Assembly: GCA_964035575.1 (NCBI GenBank)
Contig: OZ037839.1
Coordinates: forward strand, 1,798,001-1,862,000
Reading direction: 5' to 3'
Length of the DNA: 64,000 bases
Source: Rhynchopus sp. YZ270_cl-10
Lineage: Eukaryota
Both the position numbers and the translations under genes were made by a program. Numbering within the stretch: the first letter of the stretch is position 1; each line of letters starts with the position of its first letter. The notes under the pieces are model-generated. The model did no database searches and was not told where the DNA came from. It saw only the letters and a list, made by a program, of their open reading frames with translations. Positions 10,973-22,961 of this stretch are shown here, one piece after another.

Positions 10973-11663
10973 ATTGACTGTTTCAAGGTAACCAAACACC
11001 AGATACTTCAGTTTATCTGAACGTTTCTTTCTATGAAGCTATATACTGGGAGCCCCTTTCACACTGCAACTTATTCCCCAACCGGACGCTGCATCACACA
11101 GGACTCATGACCCTTTGTCTCCAATGATAGTCGTTCTGCCCGTGACTGCACAGAGCTGACACACTCGTTGAGTGCCTCACAAAACCTCAAATTATTTCCT
11201 TCTTGGTGGTGGAGACTACGCAAATATGGACTGTACAAAGCTCTCTGATAAGAAAGCCAATCAACCCTGTTTGCAGGATTAAGCAAGTTAATATTATTAA
11301 TCCATAGGAACGCATGGCCTGGGTAGCCACCGTTCTGAAGCTACATTCTGAAAACAAATTACTTTTATGACATCGATTTTACAAATGTACACGACAACTG
11401 ATTTGTGCGTGTGTGATTTTAAACGCAGTGGAATGTTTTTTACTTTCAAGTTTTGTGTGGATGGCAAGTGCGCGAACCGTGGGCGAGCTGAGCCATGATT
11501 TATAGGGACCCTGCTACGAAATAATAGTGGCCATTTATGGGTATAAATAGGTGTGTGTTCTAGTTTGATCCGTTGTAAGAACACTTCGAAGCCCCGCCCT
11601 GTGCATGTGCTCGACTACTGTCCGCGTTTTTAGCACCTTTCATTTTCATTTGCTTTTATTTTA

Positions 11664-11890
11664 TTTTGTACGAGTATGCAATACGTCTGGAAATGAAAGA
11701 CGCGCTCGTCGGTTGTCATGAGTTTTACCGTTTCCCCCTTCCCCCCTTGTGCTCCACCTCTCCACCGTACTTAAGGACGCAGGTTTCTTCGGGGGTTTTC
11801 GGGACTTATGGGGTTTCAAAAAAAAAGGATGGATGCGATCAACAAACAACAAACAACGAATATATAAAGAAGTGGGGCTATTTCTATTTT
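11664..11890 (+). mobile_element. Solo A-B terminal repeat of the YR retrotransposon
   Basis: ttttgtacgagtatgcaatacgtctggaaatgaaagacgcgctcgtc...ggatggatgcgatcaacaaacaacaaacaacgaa closely matches the reverse complement of repeats A and B, fused with no coding region. Confidence 0.85.
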
Positions 11891-12384
11891 CTGGAGAGGA
11901 ACCCTTGCTCCTACTGATGAGATGCTGCCGGGGGTTCAGAGAACGTGGTATAGGAGCAGGCAGCTCGAAACCACAAAGTTTTGTTGTCAGCCCACGGCCT
12001 GCTAAGAGGACCCGTGCTACACAATTAGGGAAAGGTGTACTGGCTGTACCCTATTTGTTCAGTTGCAAAAAAACAAAAAAAAAATAAAGACAAAAAAGAG
12101 GAGACGACGCTGGTGGAAAACTCTATCTTTGGATTGAAAAGAATATCTTAATCATTCTTTGCTTTTATTCATCGTCTTCACACTTTATCATTGTTGTTGG
12201 GTTGGGAAATAAAAACGTTTACCCCTTTCAAGCATGCTTAGGTTCATCTTAAAAATGTTCTCCAAATCTCTCTTCTCACTAGCGTCAAGTGAAATAAACA
12301 AGAAAGCTATTTTGTTGTATCTTGCCCCCCTCCTCCTCCTTCTCAACACTTACCCCAAAACAGAGCAACACTTCACTCGAAGCA

Positions 12385-13995
12385 ATGGAACTGTGTGTGC
12401 AGGGATATGATGATGACATCAAATTCGTGATTGAGGTGGGTGAGAAGGACACAACGGAGACGATGCGGCAGAAGGTGGCGTCTGCAACAGGGTTGTGCGA
12501 AGACAGCTTCCACATGGGCTTCGGAGGGAAGGAGGAAGGAGAGGACATCACAGAACTGAGTGCTGGAGACACAGTCGTGTTGACGAAAACTACTAAGTAC
12601 CAATCTGTTGAAGCACTTCGTGCCTTGGGTGAGACAGACATTTCCGAAGCGCGGTTGGCGACTGTGAAGGATCCTGAGGTGGCTTCCCTGCTTCTTCAGG
12701 CGGAGGTTGCGACTGTTATTCCTGGCGGGTTCTTGAGCGCAGCATCGTTTACGAGACTTGATCTCTCTGCTGTGTCTGGTGTGACGCGAATTGAGGACGG
12801 CTTCCTCGGCGGGTGTGCGTCGGTGGAAACTGTTGACTTGTCGGGATTGTGCAACGTTACGCACATTGGCGGTGCCTTTCTCTCTAGCTGCACATCGTTG
12901 ACAAGCCTCGACGTGTCAGGGTTCACTGGTGTGACGGTGATAGGGAACTCGTTCCTCAAAGAAAGTGGCGTCACAGAGCTTGACTTGTCCGCGATGACGA
13001 GCGTGACGACGGTTGGTCCGTACTTTCTTCTCACCTGCGAGTCGTTGCAACGTCTTGACATCTCAGGATGGCGCAGAGTCACGCACATTGAGGACTACGT
13101 CCTCGCGAACTGCACCTCGTTGGCAAGCATTGATTTGTCAGCTTTTTGCAGTGTCACGAAGATCGGCTCCGACTTTCTCTTCAACTGCACGTCGTTGACC
13201 ACCATCAGCTTTTCGATGACCAATGTGACGGAAATTGGGAACGGGTTTTGTTTGCACTGCACCTCGTTGGAAACGATTGACTTATCAGCACTGCACAGGG
13301 TTGTGAAGGTAGGTCACACCTTTCTTGCGAGGTGCACCTCGCTGGGAAGTATCGACCTTTCAGCTTTTGGGAGTGCGACAGACGTTGGGCACAGATGTCT
13401 CAGTAACTGTTCATCATTGAAAACAGTTGATTTATCAGTGTTGCGCAGCATCACACACATTGAGCAAAACTGGATGGAAGGGTGCTCCTCGTTGACAACA
13501 GCAGACTTCTCAGGACTGAGCAATGTTAAGAACATTAGTGCACAGTTCCTGCAAGGGTGCACATCCTTGACCACGCTGGACATGTCAGGTATAGGCAGTG
13601 ACACAAGAATCCAGCACAACTTTCTGGACAACTGCAACGCACTCACAACAGTCGTCTTGCCAGGCAACATCGACAAGATGTCTCTCCCGAATGAAGCCCA
13701 AAAGAACCATGGCACTGGACTCACGAAGACCTTCGATGCATGTGTGCGTGACATTTACGCAAGGTTTACGGAACAGTTCGGAGGTGTGCGGACAGAAGAT
13801 CTGGTACGAACAGACGTGTCTGGAGATGCAAGACAATGTATTGCATTGAAAGCAGGACAAGAAGGAGAAGGTTTGATGCAAGCAGAAGAGGACGAGGACA
13901 AGCAGGAACTGGACAAACAGGAGCATGACAAGCAAGGGCATTTGGAGGGTTTGGGTCCGGGACAGGCTGGAGCGATGTTGTGTCGAGCACAGTGA
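12385..13995 (+). CDS. UBL-LRR copy 5 (536 aa), ends ...MLCRAQ
   Basis: Intact ORF with small in-frame deletions. Confidence 0.9.
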   Translation: MELCVQGYDDDIKFVIEVGEKDTTETMRQKVASATGLCEDSFHMGFGGKEEGEDITELSAGDTVVLTKTTKYQSVEALRALGETDISEARLATVKDPEVASLLLQAEVATVIPGGFLSAASFTRLDLSAVSGVTRIEDGFLGGCASVETVDLSGLCNVTHIGGAFLSSCTSLTSLDVSGFTGVTVIGNSFLKESGVTELDLSAMTSVTTVGPYFLLTCESLQRLDISGWRRVTHIEDYVLANCTSLASIDLSAFCSVTKIGSDFLFNCTSLTTISFSMTNVTEIGNGFCLHCTSLETIDLSALHRVVKVGHTFLARCTSLGSIDLSAFGSATDVGHRCLSNCSSLKTVDLSVLRSITHIEQNWMEGCSSLTTADFSGLSNVKNISAQFLQGCTSLTTLDMSGIGSDTRIQHNFLDNCNALTTVVLPGNIDKMSLPNEAQKNHGTGLTKTFDACVRDIYARFTEQFGGVRTEDLVRTDVSGDARQCIALKAGQEGEGLMQAEEDEDKQELDKQEHDKQGHLEGLGPGQAGAMLCRAQ

Positions 13996-14605
13996 GGAAC
14001 GGCCAGCAGAGGAAGTCAGTGGTTGAAGCCCGTCCCAAACGCAGTGCGACCCACAGGAGGATTCCCGCAAGTGGTGGACACGCAGAGTGACCCCGCCAGC
14101 TGCGCACTGCGACCTCTAAACTGCACGAGAGAGGCTTAGGTTGATCCCATATGCATAATATTACATTTCAAGTGCAATACGCGTTCTTCGGATGTCACGG
14201 GTCTTACTGTTTCCCCTTCCCCCCTTTTGTGTCTCAGCACCTTACTTTTTCAATATGCGGGTTTTCGGGTCTTTTGGGGGTTTCAAAAATAAAGAGAAAG
14301 GATGAATACGATGAACAAAGAGCAGGACGACAGCAAAATAGAGAACGGGGGTGTGTTTCATTTTGTTTACACTCTCAACACTTACACGACGGCAGAATAG
14401 ACGCGGGTGTATTTCACCCTTTCAAGGTGACCTAGCACGAGAGGCTTACGATCATCTTATGAACCTTTCTTTCCATGAAGTTGTATACTGGGAGCCCCTT
14501 TCACACGTGTTCTGCGCAAGAATTTCCCTCACAAGCCATCCCCACTCCACACCTACAACACGCCATCACAGACACCCTGCGACCCACCTTGCATATTGTC
14601 TAACA

Positions 14606-15160
14606 ATGCAGGTTTCGATACACGCAAAGACTCTGGACGTGACTGCGGTGGTGGACGTTGGTCCTGAGGAGACCATAGGCGGGCTGACTGCGATGGCGGT
14701 GAAGGCGTTGCAGTGCGAAGAGGCGTGCTACCTTTGCTTTGGCGGGGTTGCGCTGCACGACCGTACGGTGTGTGTACGCGACGTGGGGGCGGAGGCTGGG
14801 GATGTGTTTGCTCTGCACTTTTGCGTCGAGCTTCCGGAGTGCAGGATTGCAGGGAGGTATGAGTGCAGAGACTATGACTCTGGGGGGAAGAACGACTGGC
14901 ACTACGTCACCATCAGCGACCTTGATGGGCCCACAGCAGACCACAAGGCGCGTGCCCTCTGGCGCAACCGTGCACAGGTCCAATGGGAGCTGACCGCAAC
15001 CGAAAACCCAGACGTCTACGACGTGTCACAGCACTGCCCGTATCACAGCTCAGGGCACACAACGCTTGCAGTGACGCGCTGTCCAAGCAGTGGTGCTGTG
15101 CAGCACATCGCTGGCCCCTGGGGTGAGCTGTACAAAAGGCAGGACGAGTTTTCGGAGTGA
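14606..15160 (+). CDS. Small protein: N-terminal UBL plus unknown beta-rich C-terminal domain (184 aa)
   Basis: MQVSIHAKTLDVTAVVDVGPEETIGGL...LCFGGVALHDRT...GAEAGDVFAL ubiquitin-like pattern; GC-rich coding bias; duplicated at 22962. Confidence 0.8.
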   Translation: MQVSIHAKTLDVTAVVDVGPEETIGGLTAMAVKALQCEEACYLCFGGVALHDRTVCVRDVGAEAGDVFALHFCVELPECRIAGRYECRDYDSGGKNDWHYVTISDLDGPTADHKARALWRNRAQVQWELTATENPDVYDVSQHCPYHSSGHTTLAVTRCPSSGAVQHIAGPWGELYKRQDEFSE

Positions 15161-16133
15161 AAATAATGTCGTTTTTGAGGATTTCGGTCTGTACCCTAGC
15201 CCTTCTCAGGATGGCGTTGGGTGCAAATACTGTGTTTTTATCAAAAAAACAAACACTTTCCGTCCACAGTAACCATGTACCGGGCAATAGGCAGGGTGCA
15301 TTCATGAAGGAGTCTTGTGTTAGTCGCACTGTTCTGGGTGTGATAAATGTTTTAACACCAGTGCCTGTCGGCCGATGAACGGTGAGGCCTGGTTGCACTT
15401 TGAACGTCTCTCTTTTCAATGGTGATGAAATACGATTTCAAACTGACTGAGTAAATACACCACAAACGTCAGTTCTTTTCTTTGTCTTGTTTTTCCTTGT
15501 CCAGTATTTTCTTTCCCTCCCACCATTGTTGTGACATTGTGTTTGTGCCCAACCCCGGCCCCCTTTTGTTTTCGCAACCTACCCTACAATGGCCCTGGCT
15601 CCTTCTGATGAGTGCGGTCAGATACTCAAAATCGTTAAAGCAATCTGTTTCTCCTTCATCTTTTGCAAACAGCAACGCAAACATGCCCCCTTTTTTTGAG
15701 TAGAGTACTGGACACTCTGCTTTGGGTGTTTTTGTTTTGTGTGTTCTGTGTTGTTTTGCAGTGCCTGCGTCCGATGAACGGTGAGGCGTTTGCACTTTTG
15801 AACGTCTCTTTTGCACTCTGTTCAGCACTCTCTCTTCGATGCATGAATACAACATCAGTGTGTACTTTGTGTTCCCACTTAGAGTTCTCGTGATCCATGG
15901 GTTCGACAGTGCACTTTAGGTTCCTTTGTAGGCAGCGAAGTGTGCTTGTGTGTGGAGAAGCCAACTTTGCCCCCTTTCAAGCATGGTTAGGTTCATCTTC
16001 AAAATATTTGCCATTTCTCTCTTTTCACAACCGTCAAGTGAAACTAAAAAGAAAGCTATTTTGTTGTATCTTGCCTCCCTCCTCCTCCTTCTCAACACTT
16101 ACCCCAAAACAGAGCAGCACTTCACTCGAAACA

Positions 16134-17774
16134 ATGGAACTGTGTGTGCAGGGATATGATGATGACACCAAATTCGTGATTGAGGTGGGTGAGAAGGACA
16201 CAACGGAGACGATGCGGCAGAAGGTGGCGTCTGCAACAGGGTTGTGCGAAGACAGCTTCCACATGGGCTTCGGAGGGAAGGAGGAAGGAGAGGACATCAC
16301 AGAACTGAGTGCTGGAGACACAGTCGTGTTGACGAAAACTACTAAGTACGCATCTGTTGAAGCACTTCGTGCCTTGGGTGAGACAGACATTTCCGAAGCG
16401 AGGTTGGCGACTGTGGAGGATCCTGAGGTGGCTTCTCTGCTTCTTCAGGCGGAGGTTGCGACTGTTATCCCTGCTGGGTTCTTGTGCAGAGCATCGTTTA
16501 CGAGACTTGATCTCTCTGCTGTTTCTGGTGTGACGCGGATTGAGCGCAACTTCCTCTTCAGACGTTCGAGGCTGGAAACCGTTGACTTGTCGGGATTGTG
16601 CAACGTTACGCACATCGAGAATGGCTGTCTCTTTGACTGCCCATCGTTGACAAGCCTTGACGTGTCAGGGTTCACTGGTGTGACGGTGATAGGGAACTCG
16701 TTCCTCCAAGAAAGTGGTCTCACAGAGCTTGACTTATCCGCGATGACGAGTGTGACGATGGTTGGTAGGTACTTTCTTTTCAACTGCAAGTCGTTGCAAA
16801 GTCTTGACATCTCAGGATGGCGCAGAGTCACGCACATTGAGAACAACTTCCTGTCGAAGTGCACCTCGTTGGCAAACATTGATTTGTCAGCTTTTTGCAG
16901 TGTCACGAAGATCGGCTCCGACTTTCTCCGCAACTGCACGTCGTTGACCACCATCAGCTTTTCAGGGATGACCAATGTGACGGACATTGGGAAGAACTTT
17001 TGTGCGGACTGCACCTCGTTGGAAACGATTGACTTGACAGCATTGCAAAAGGTTGTGAAGGTGGAATACGGCTTCCTTTGGGGGTGCACCTCGCTGGGAA
17101 GTATCGACCTTTCAGCTTTTGCCAGTGCCACAGACATCCGGCACGGTTTTCTCAGTCACTGCTCATCATTGAAAACAGTTGATTTATCAGTGTTGCGCAG
17201 CATCACACACATTGAGCAAGGGTGGATGCAAGGGTGCTCCGCGTTGTCAACAGCAGACTTCTCAGGACTGAGCAATGTTAAGAACATTAGTGCACATTTC
17301 CTGCAAGGGTGCACATCCTTGACCACGCTGGACATGTCAGGTATAGGCTGTGACACGCCGATCGGCAATCACTTCCTGGACAACTGCAACGCACTCACAA
17401 CAGTCGTCTTGCCAGGCAACATCGACATTCACGAGATGTCTCTCCCGAATGAATCCCAAAAGAACCATGGCTTTGGCGTCACGAAGACCTTCGATGCATG
17501 TGTGCGTGACATTTACGCAAGGTTTACGGAACAGTTCGGAGGTGTGCGGACAGAAGATCTGGTACGAACAGACGTGTCTGGAGATGCAAGACAATGTATT
17601 GCATTGAAAGCAGGACAAGAAGGAGAAGGAGTGACGCCGCCATCTGCGACTGCGCACTGCTCCCTCGAAGCTGCACGACGCACACCCTCACAGGCCACTC
17701 CTCCCGCAAGCACTGCAGACAACAGAGCTGGAATCGCTGCTGCACAGCTTACTGGCAGCCCTACAATATCATGA
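16134..17774 (+). CDS. UBL-LRR copy 6 (546 aa)
   Basis: Intact ORF, same framework. Confidence 0.9.
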   Translation: MELCVQGYDDDTKFVIEVGEKDTTETMRQKVASATGLCEDSFHMGFGGKEEGEDITELSAGDTVVLTKTTKYASVEALRALGETDISEARLATVEDPEVASLLLQAEVATVIPAGFLCRASFTRLDLSAVSGVTRIERNFLFRRSRLETVDLSGLCNVTHIENGCLFDCPSLTSLDVSGFTGVTVIGNSFLQESGLTELDLSAMTSVTMVGRYFLFNCKSLQSLDISGWRRVTHIENNFLSKCTSLANIDLSAFCSVTKIGSDFLRNCTSLTTISFSGMTNVTDIGKNFCADCTSLETIDLTALQKVVKVEYGFLWGCTSLGSIDLSAFASATDIRHGFLSHCSSLKTVDLSVLRSITHIEQGWMQGCSALSTADFSGLSNVKNISAHFLQGCTSLTTLDMSGIGCDTPIGNHFLDNCNALTTVVLPGNIDIHEMSLPNESQKNHGFGVTKTFDACVRDIYARFTEQFGGVRTEDLVRTDVSGDARQCIALKAGQEGEGVTPPSATAHCSLEAARRTPSQATPPASTADNRAGIAAAQLTGSPTIS

Positions 17775-18280
17775 CATGTACGACAGTTTGTGTGGAGAGA
17801 GGCTTAGGTTGATCTCATAAACATTTCAAGTGCAATACGCGTTTTCGGATGTCACGAGTCTTACTGTTTCCCCTTCCCCCCTTTTGTGTCTCAGCACCTT
17901 ACTTTTTCAATATGCGGGTTTTGGAGGGTTTTTCGGGTTTTCAGGTCTTTTGGGGGGTTCAAAAATAAAGAGAAAGGATGGATACGGAGAACAAAGAGCA
18001 GGACGACAGCAAAATACAGAACGGACCGAACTTATTCCCCAATCGGAGGCTCCATCACACATGACTCATGACACTTTGTCTCCAATGATCGTATTATGGA
18101 TTTTGGGATTTCAACTAAGGATTGCCCTTGGCGAAGGACTTCAGTACAGACTCAAAGTCCCCGTATCTTGGTGTGGGTACGAGGACCTTGGATACTAACG
18201 TCATTTCTTCAAACACATTTTGTCCCCCCTCATCTCCCTCACCCCCCGAAGACGAATCAAAATAAATCAAAAAAGACACA

Positions 18281-20018
18281 ATGTTGAAGCTGATGTGCGC
18301 CACCTTCGTGGCAGCCGCCTCCGCGCAGGTCACTCCTGCTCTTCTCAAGACCCATCCGCACCTTGCCGCTTATAAGAACGTCGATTTCAATGCCAAGCGT
18401 TACACCCTGCGTGCGACACACCCGGAGCAGATTCATATTGCGTATGCTGGGCAGTCTGCAGAGGGTTACCCCACAGGGATCAACGCAGCGTGGGTGTACA
18501 AGGAGAAGGATGGGTGTGTGCTTGAATACGGAACGGACAGTGCGATGCACAATGAATCGGTTACTCCGCACTCTGGACGGTACCTCGACGAAGGGTCGTA
18601 CCACTGGAATGTTGATGTGCTTGATCTGGTGCCGGCTACGCTCTACCATTACCGCGTCAAATGCGGTTCTGCTGCCTCAGCAAACTTCACCTTCACCTCC
18701 GCAGCGAACGGAAAGGATCTGGGTCGTCCCTTCAACATCAACCTCTTCGGGGATATGGGGTATCTGGGAAGCGCAGAGAGGCCGATGATCCTCGATGTCG
18801 GCGGTCTGAAGAAACATTGGTCTGCCGTTCCCACCCGCGAAACGCAGCAAAGGTTTTTTGAAGCAGGAGAAACCGATATGATGTGGATCGTAGGCGACAT
18901 TGGCTACGCTGACGATGCGTTTGCACACGATGTGGTAGGAGGACTGTACGAGAAATGCTACGACGGATTCATGAACTGGTTTCAGAACATCACTGCAAGC
19001 ATCCCTTTTCACGTTTCCCCTGGAAACCACGAATCCGAATGCCACTCTGCGGAGTGCGTGATCGACCGCTTCCTTGGCGAGTACCTCGGAAACTTCTCTG
19101 CATACACTAACAGATTCCATATGCCCAGCCCCTCTTCGGGTGGAGTCGCAAACATGTGGTACTCCTGGAACACTGGTCCCGTTCATTTCGTCTCGTTGAA
19201 CACCGAAACCGATTTTGAAGGTGCCGGAGAGGGGCACTCAGGCTGGTATTGTACAGGGTTCTATGTTTTGCATGCAAATGCTAAAAGAGGAAATTGAACA
19301 CCGTACCTCAACTCCATTCTATTTTGGAGCAGATTGGAGCAGAGCCACATATCACCGAGAGGTCGAGGTGCGCTTCACCATTTTTTTTTTTGTCTTTCTT
19401 GCCGTTCTCATTTTAGGGGTGGGTAAAACACAATAAACGGAGTTCGCGGTGTTTCAATTTTCCTCCTAAGCCTTGGCACACATTTATCTTGAAATTTCTC
19501 TAATCCTTAATGTTCTTCGCATGCACCCAGAACTCATCAATAACTCTGTTGTCTCCGATGGAGGAGACGAGCCTCCACTGCATTGCAGTTTCGTTAGCGA
19601 TGGTCAGCCACCCGGTCGACATTTCCGAGGTCGCAAAGATGCCTACGGATGAGTTCGCTGTCGGGCCTGTTGTGATGTAGTCAGTTTCGTCGTTGCCAGC
19701 CCCACCACAGAAGACGTAGGAGGTTGGATAGGTGACGTTTGTCTGCGCATGGCAGACGGGGGGCTCGCATGCTTCGACGGAGCGTGCGTAGGTGTGTGCG
19801 TGCCCTGCGACGAAGATGTCTACCTCGTATTTGTCGAACAAGCTCTGCAGAATGGCGGGCTGGCAGCACGGCCTATGCCCGCCCACCACGATGAAGTTCC
19901 GCAGCCCCGCCCTCTTGTCTGCAAGCGCCTTTTCCAAATCAGCCTCAAGCCACGCAAGGTACTCCCCCTGCCTCCCAAAGCTGCCTGCAGCGTAGGCGTC
20001 ACCGTCGCCTCTCTTCTC
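18281..20018 (+). pseudogene. Purple acid phosphatase copy broken by an internal inversion (19232-20018)
   Basis: 5' part matches 37866-38816; the 3' coding half with the GH and GHxH motifs is on the minus strand at 19500-20018. Confidence 0.9.
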
Positions 20019-20823
20019 GCCAAGGGTGCTCAGGAGAAGCCACGCAAGAGAAGCAGTGTGTCGCTCAGGGCCGTATTTCACGACGAAGGTGCCCTCGAGG
20101 GGAGCAGGCTCCTGTCAAAGTCCACGGAACGTGACGGGGTGTCCGCAGCCTCGCCGCAGTGGAGGTGGGCAGCCGACTTCAGGAACTTTTCTCGATGGAG
20201 ATCCCAGCGTCTGAGGAGATACTACTTCCCATCAGCGTGTAAAAGCGTTCACAACCCAGAAGAGGAAGAACCCCCCAGTTCAGCGTGCAAGGCTTCCAGG
20301 CTCGACCAGCTGAGGCGATGGCGTCGAAGAGCGGGTCATTTCGGATCTCGTGGAAAGCAGGACATACCCAGAAGATGTGCTCGTTTGTGTTTTTTATTCG
20401 CTTTCTTTTCTTCTCCCTCACACCTTGTTGTCGTGAAATGTATTATTTTGTTGTTGTTGTTTCCCTAGTCGCATACGCGAGTTTTCCTGGTAGCGCAAGA
20501 AAATGACTGGGGAGTGTTGGTGGCTCCGTGACGCCACAGAGCCGGCACACTCGTTGAGTGTCTCACAAAACCTCAAATTATTTCTTCTTTGCTTTTATAT
20601 ATCGTCTTCACGCTTGTATCATTGTTGTTGGCTTGGGAAATAATAACGTATCCACGTTTCAAGCATGCTTAGGTTCATCTTCAAATCTTAAAATTATTTT
20701 CCATTTCTCTCTTCTCGCAACCGTCAAGTGAAACAAATAAGAAAGCTATTTTGTTGTATCTTGCCTCCCTCCTCCTCCTTCTCAACACTTACCCCAAAAC
20801 AGAGCAACACTTCACTCGAAACA

Positions 20824-22458
20824 ATGGAACTGTGTGTGCAGGGATATGATGATGACACCAAATTCGTGATTGAGGTGGGTGAGAAGGACACAACGGAGAC
20901 GATGCGGCAGAAGGTGGCGTCTGCAACAGGGTTGTGCGAAGACAGCTTCCGCATGGGCTTCGGAGGGAAGGAGGAAGGAGAGGACATCACAGAACTGAGT
21001 GCTGGAGACACAGTCGTGTTGACGAAAACTACTAAGTACGCATCTGTTGAGGAACTTCGTGCCTTGGGTGAGACAGACATTTCCGAAGCGAGGTTGGCGA
21101 CTGTGAAGGATCCTGAGGTGGCTTCTCTGCTTCTTCAGGCGGAGGTTGCGACTGTTATTCCTGCCAAGTTCTTGATCGAAGCATCGTTTACGAGACTTGA
21201 TCTCTCTGCTGTGTCTGGTGTGACACGTATTGAGGACGGCTTCCTCTCCGGGTGTGAGTCGGTGGAAACTGTTGACTTGTCGGGATTGTGCAACGTTACG
21301 CACATTGGCGGTGCCTTTCTCTCTGCCTGCACATCGTTGACAAGCCTTGACGTGTCAGGGTTCACTGGTGTGACGGTGATAGGGAACACGTTCCTAGGAG
21401 GAAGTGGCGTCACAAATCTTGACTTATCCGCGATGACGAGTGTGACGACGGTTGGTCCGTACTTTCTTCTCAACTGCGAGTCGTTGCAACGTCTTGACAT
21501 CTCAGGATGGCGCAGAGTCACACACATTGAGGACTACGTCCTCGCGAACTGCACCTCGTTGGCAAACATTGATTTGTCAGCTTTTTGCAGTGTCACGAAG
21601 ATCGGCTCCGATTTTCTCTTCAACTGCACGTCTTTGACCACCATCAGCTTTTCAGGGATGACGAATGTGACGGAAATTGGGAACGGGTTTTGTTTGAACT
21701 GCACCTCGTTGGAAACGATTGACTTGACAGCACTGCAAAAGGTTGTGAAGGTAGGTCACACCTTTCTTGCGAGGTGCCCCTCGCTGGCAAGTATCGACCT
21801 CTCAGCTTTTGGGAGTGCGACAGACGTTGGGCACAGATTTCTCAGTCACTGTTCATCATTGAAAACAGTCGATTTATCAGTGTTGCGCAGCATCACACAC
21901 ATTGAGCAACACTGGATGGAAGAGTGCTCCGCGTTGACAACAGCAGACTTCTCAGGACTGAGCAATGTTAAGAACATTAGTGCACAGTTCCTGCAAGGGT
22001 GCACATCCTTGACCACGCTGGACATGTCAGGTATAGGCTGTGACACAAGGATCCAGCACAACTTCCTGGACAACTGCAACGCACTCACAACAGTCGTCTT
22101 GCCAGGCAACATCGACATTGACGAGATGTCTCTCCCGAATGAAGCCCAAAAGAACCATGGCACTGGACTCACGAAGACCTTCGATGCATGTGTGCGTGAC
22201 ATTTACGCAAGGTTTACGGAACAGTTCGGAGGTGTGCGGACAGAAGATCTGGTACGAACAGACGTGTCTGGAGATGCAAGACAATGTATTGCATTGAAAG
22301 CAGGACAAGAAGGAGAAGGAGTGACGCCGCCAGCTGCGCACTGTTCCCTCGAAGCTGCACGACGCACACCCTCACAGGCCACTCCTCCCGCAAGCACTGC
22401 AGACAACAGAGCTGGAATCGCTGCTGCACAGCTTACTGGCAGCCCTACAATATCATGA
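20824..22458 (+). CDS. UBL-LRR copy 7 (544 aa)
   Basis: Intact ORF; closest to copy 5. Confidence 0.9.
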   Translation: MELCVQGYDDDTKFVIEVGEKDTTETMRQKVASATGLCEDSFRMGFGGKEEGEDITELSAGDTVVLTKTTKYASVEELRALGETDISEARLATVKDPEVASLLLQAEVATVIPAKFLIEASFTRLDLSAVSGVTRIEDGFLSGCESVETVDLSGLCNVTHIGGAFLSACTSLTSLDVSGFTGVTVIGNTFLGGSGVTNLDLSAMTSVTTVGPYFLLNCESLQRLDISGWRRVTHIEDYVLANCTSLANIDLSAFCSVTKIGSDFLFNCTSLTTISFSGMTNVTEIGNGFCLNCTSLETIDLTALQKVVKVGHTFLARCPSLASIDLSAFGSATDVGHRFLSHCSSLKTVDLSVLRSITHIEQHWMEECSALTTADFSGLSNVKNISAQFLQGCTSLTTLDMSGIGCDTRIQHNFLDNCNALTTVVLPGNIDIDEMSLPNEAQKNHGTGLTKTFDACVRDIYARFTEQFGGVRTEDLVRTDVSGDARQCIALKAGQEGEGVTPPAAHCSLEAARRTPSQATPPASTADNRAGIAAAQLTGSPTIS

Positions 22459-22961
22459 CATGTACGACAGTTTGTGTGGAGAGAGGCTTAGGTTGATCTC
22501 ATAAACATTTCAAGTGCAATACGCGTTTTCGGATGTCACGAGTCTTACTGTTTCCCCTTCCCCCCTTTTATGTCTCAGCACCTTACTTTTTCAATATGCG
22601 GGTTTTAGGCTTTTTCGGGTTTTTCGGGTCTTTTGGGGGTTTCAAAAACAAAGAGAAAGGATACGATGAACAAAGAGCAGGACGACAGCAAAATAGAGAA
22701 CGGGGATGTGTTTCATTTTGTTTCCACTCTCAACACTTACACGACGGCAGAATAGACGGGGGTGTATTTCACTGTTTCAAGGTAACCAAGCACGAGAGGC
22801 TTAGGATCATCTTATGAACCTTTTCTTTCCATGCAGCTGTATACTGGGAGCCCCTTTCACACGTGTTCTGCGCAAGAATTTCCCTCACAAGCCATCCCCA
22901 CTCCACACCTACAACACGCCATCACAGACACCCTGCGACCCACCTTGCATATTGTCTAAAA

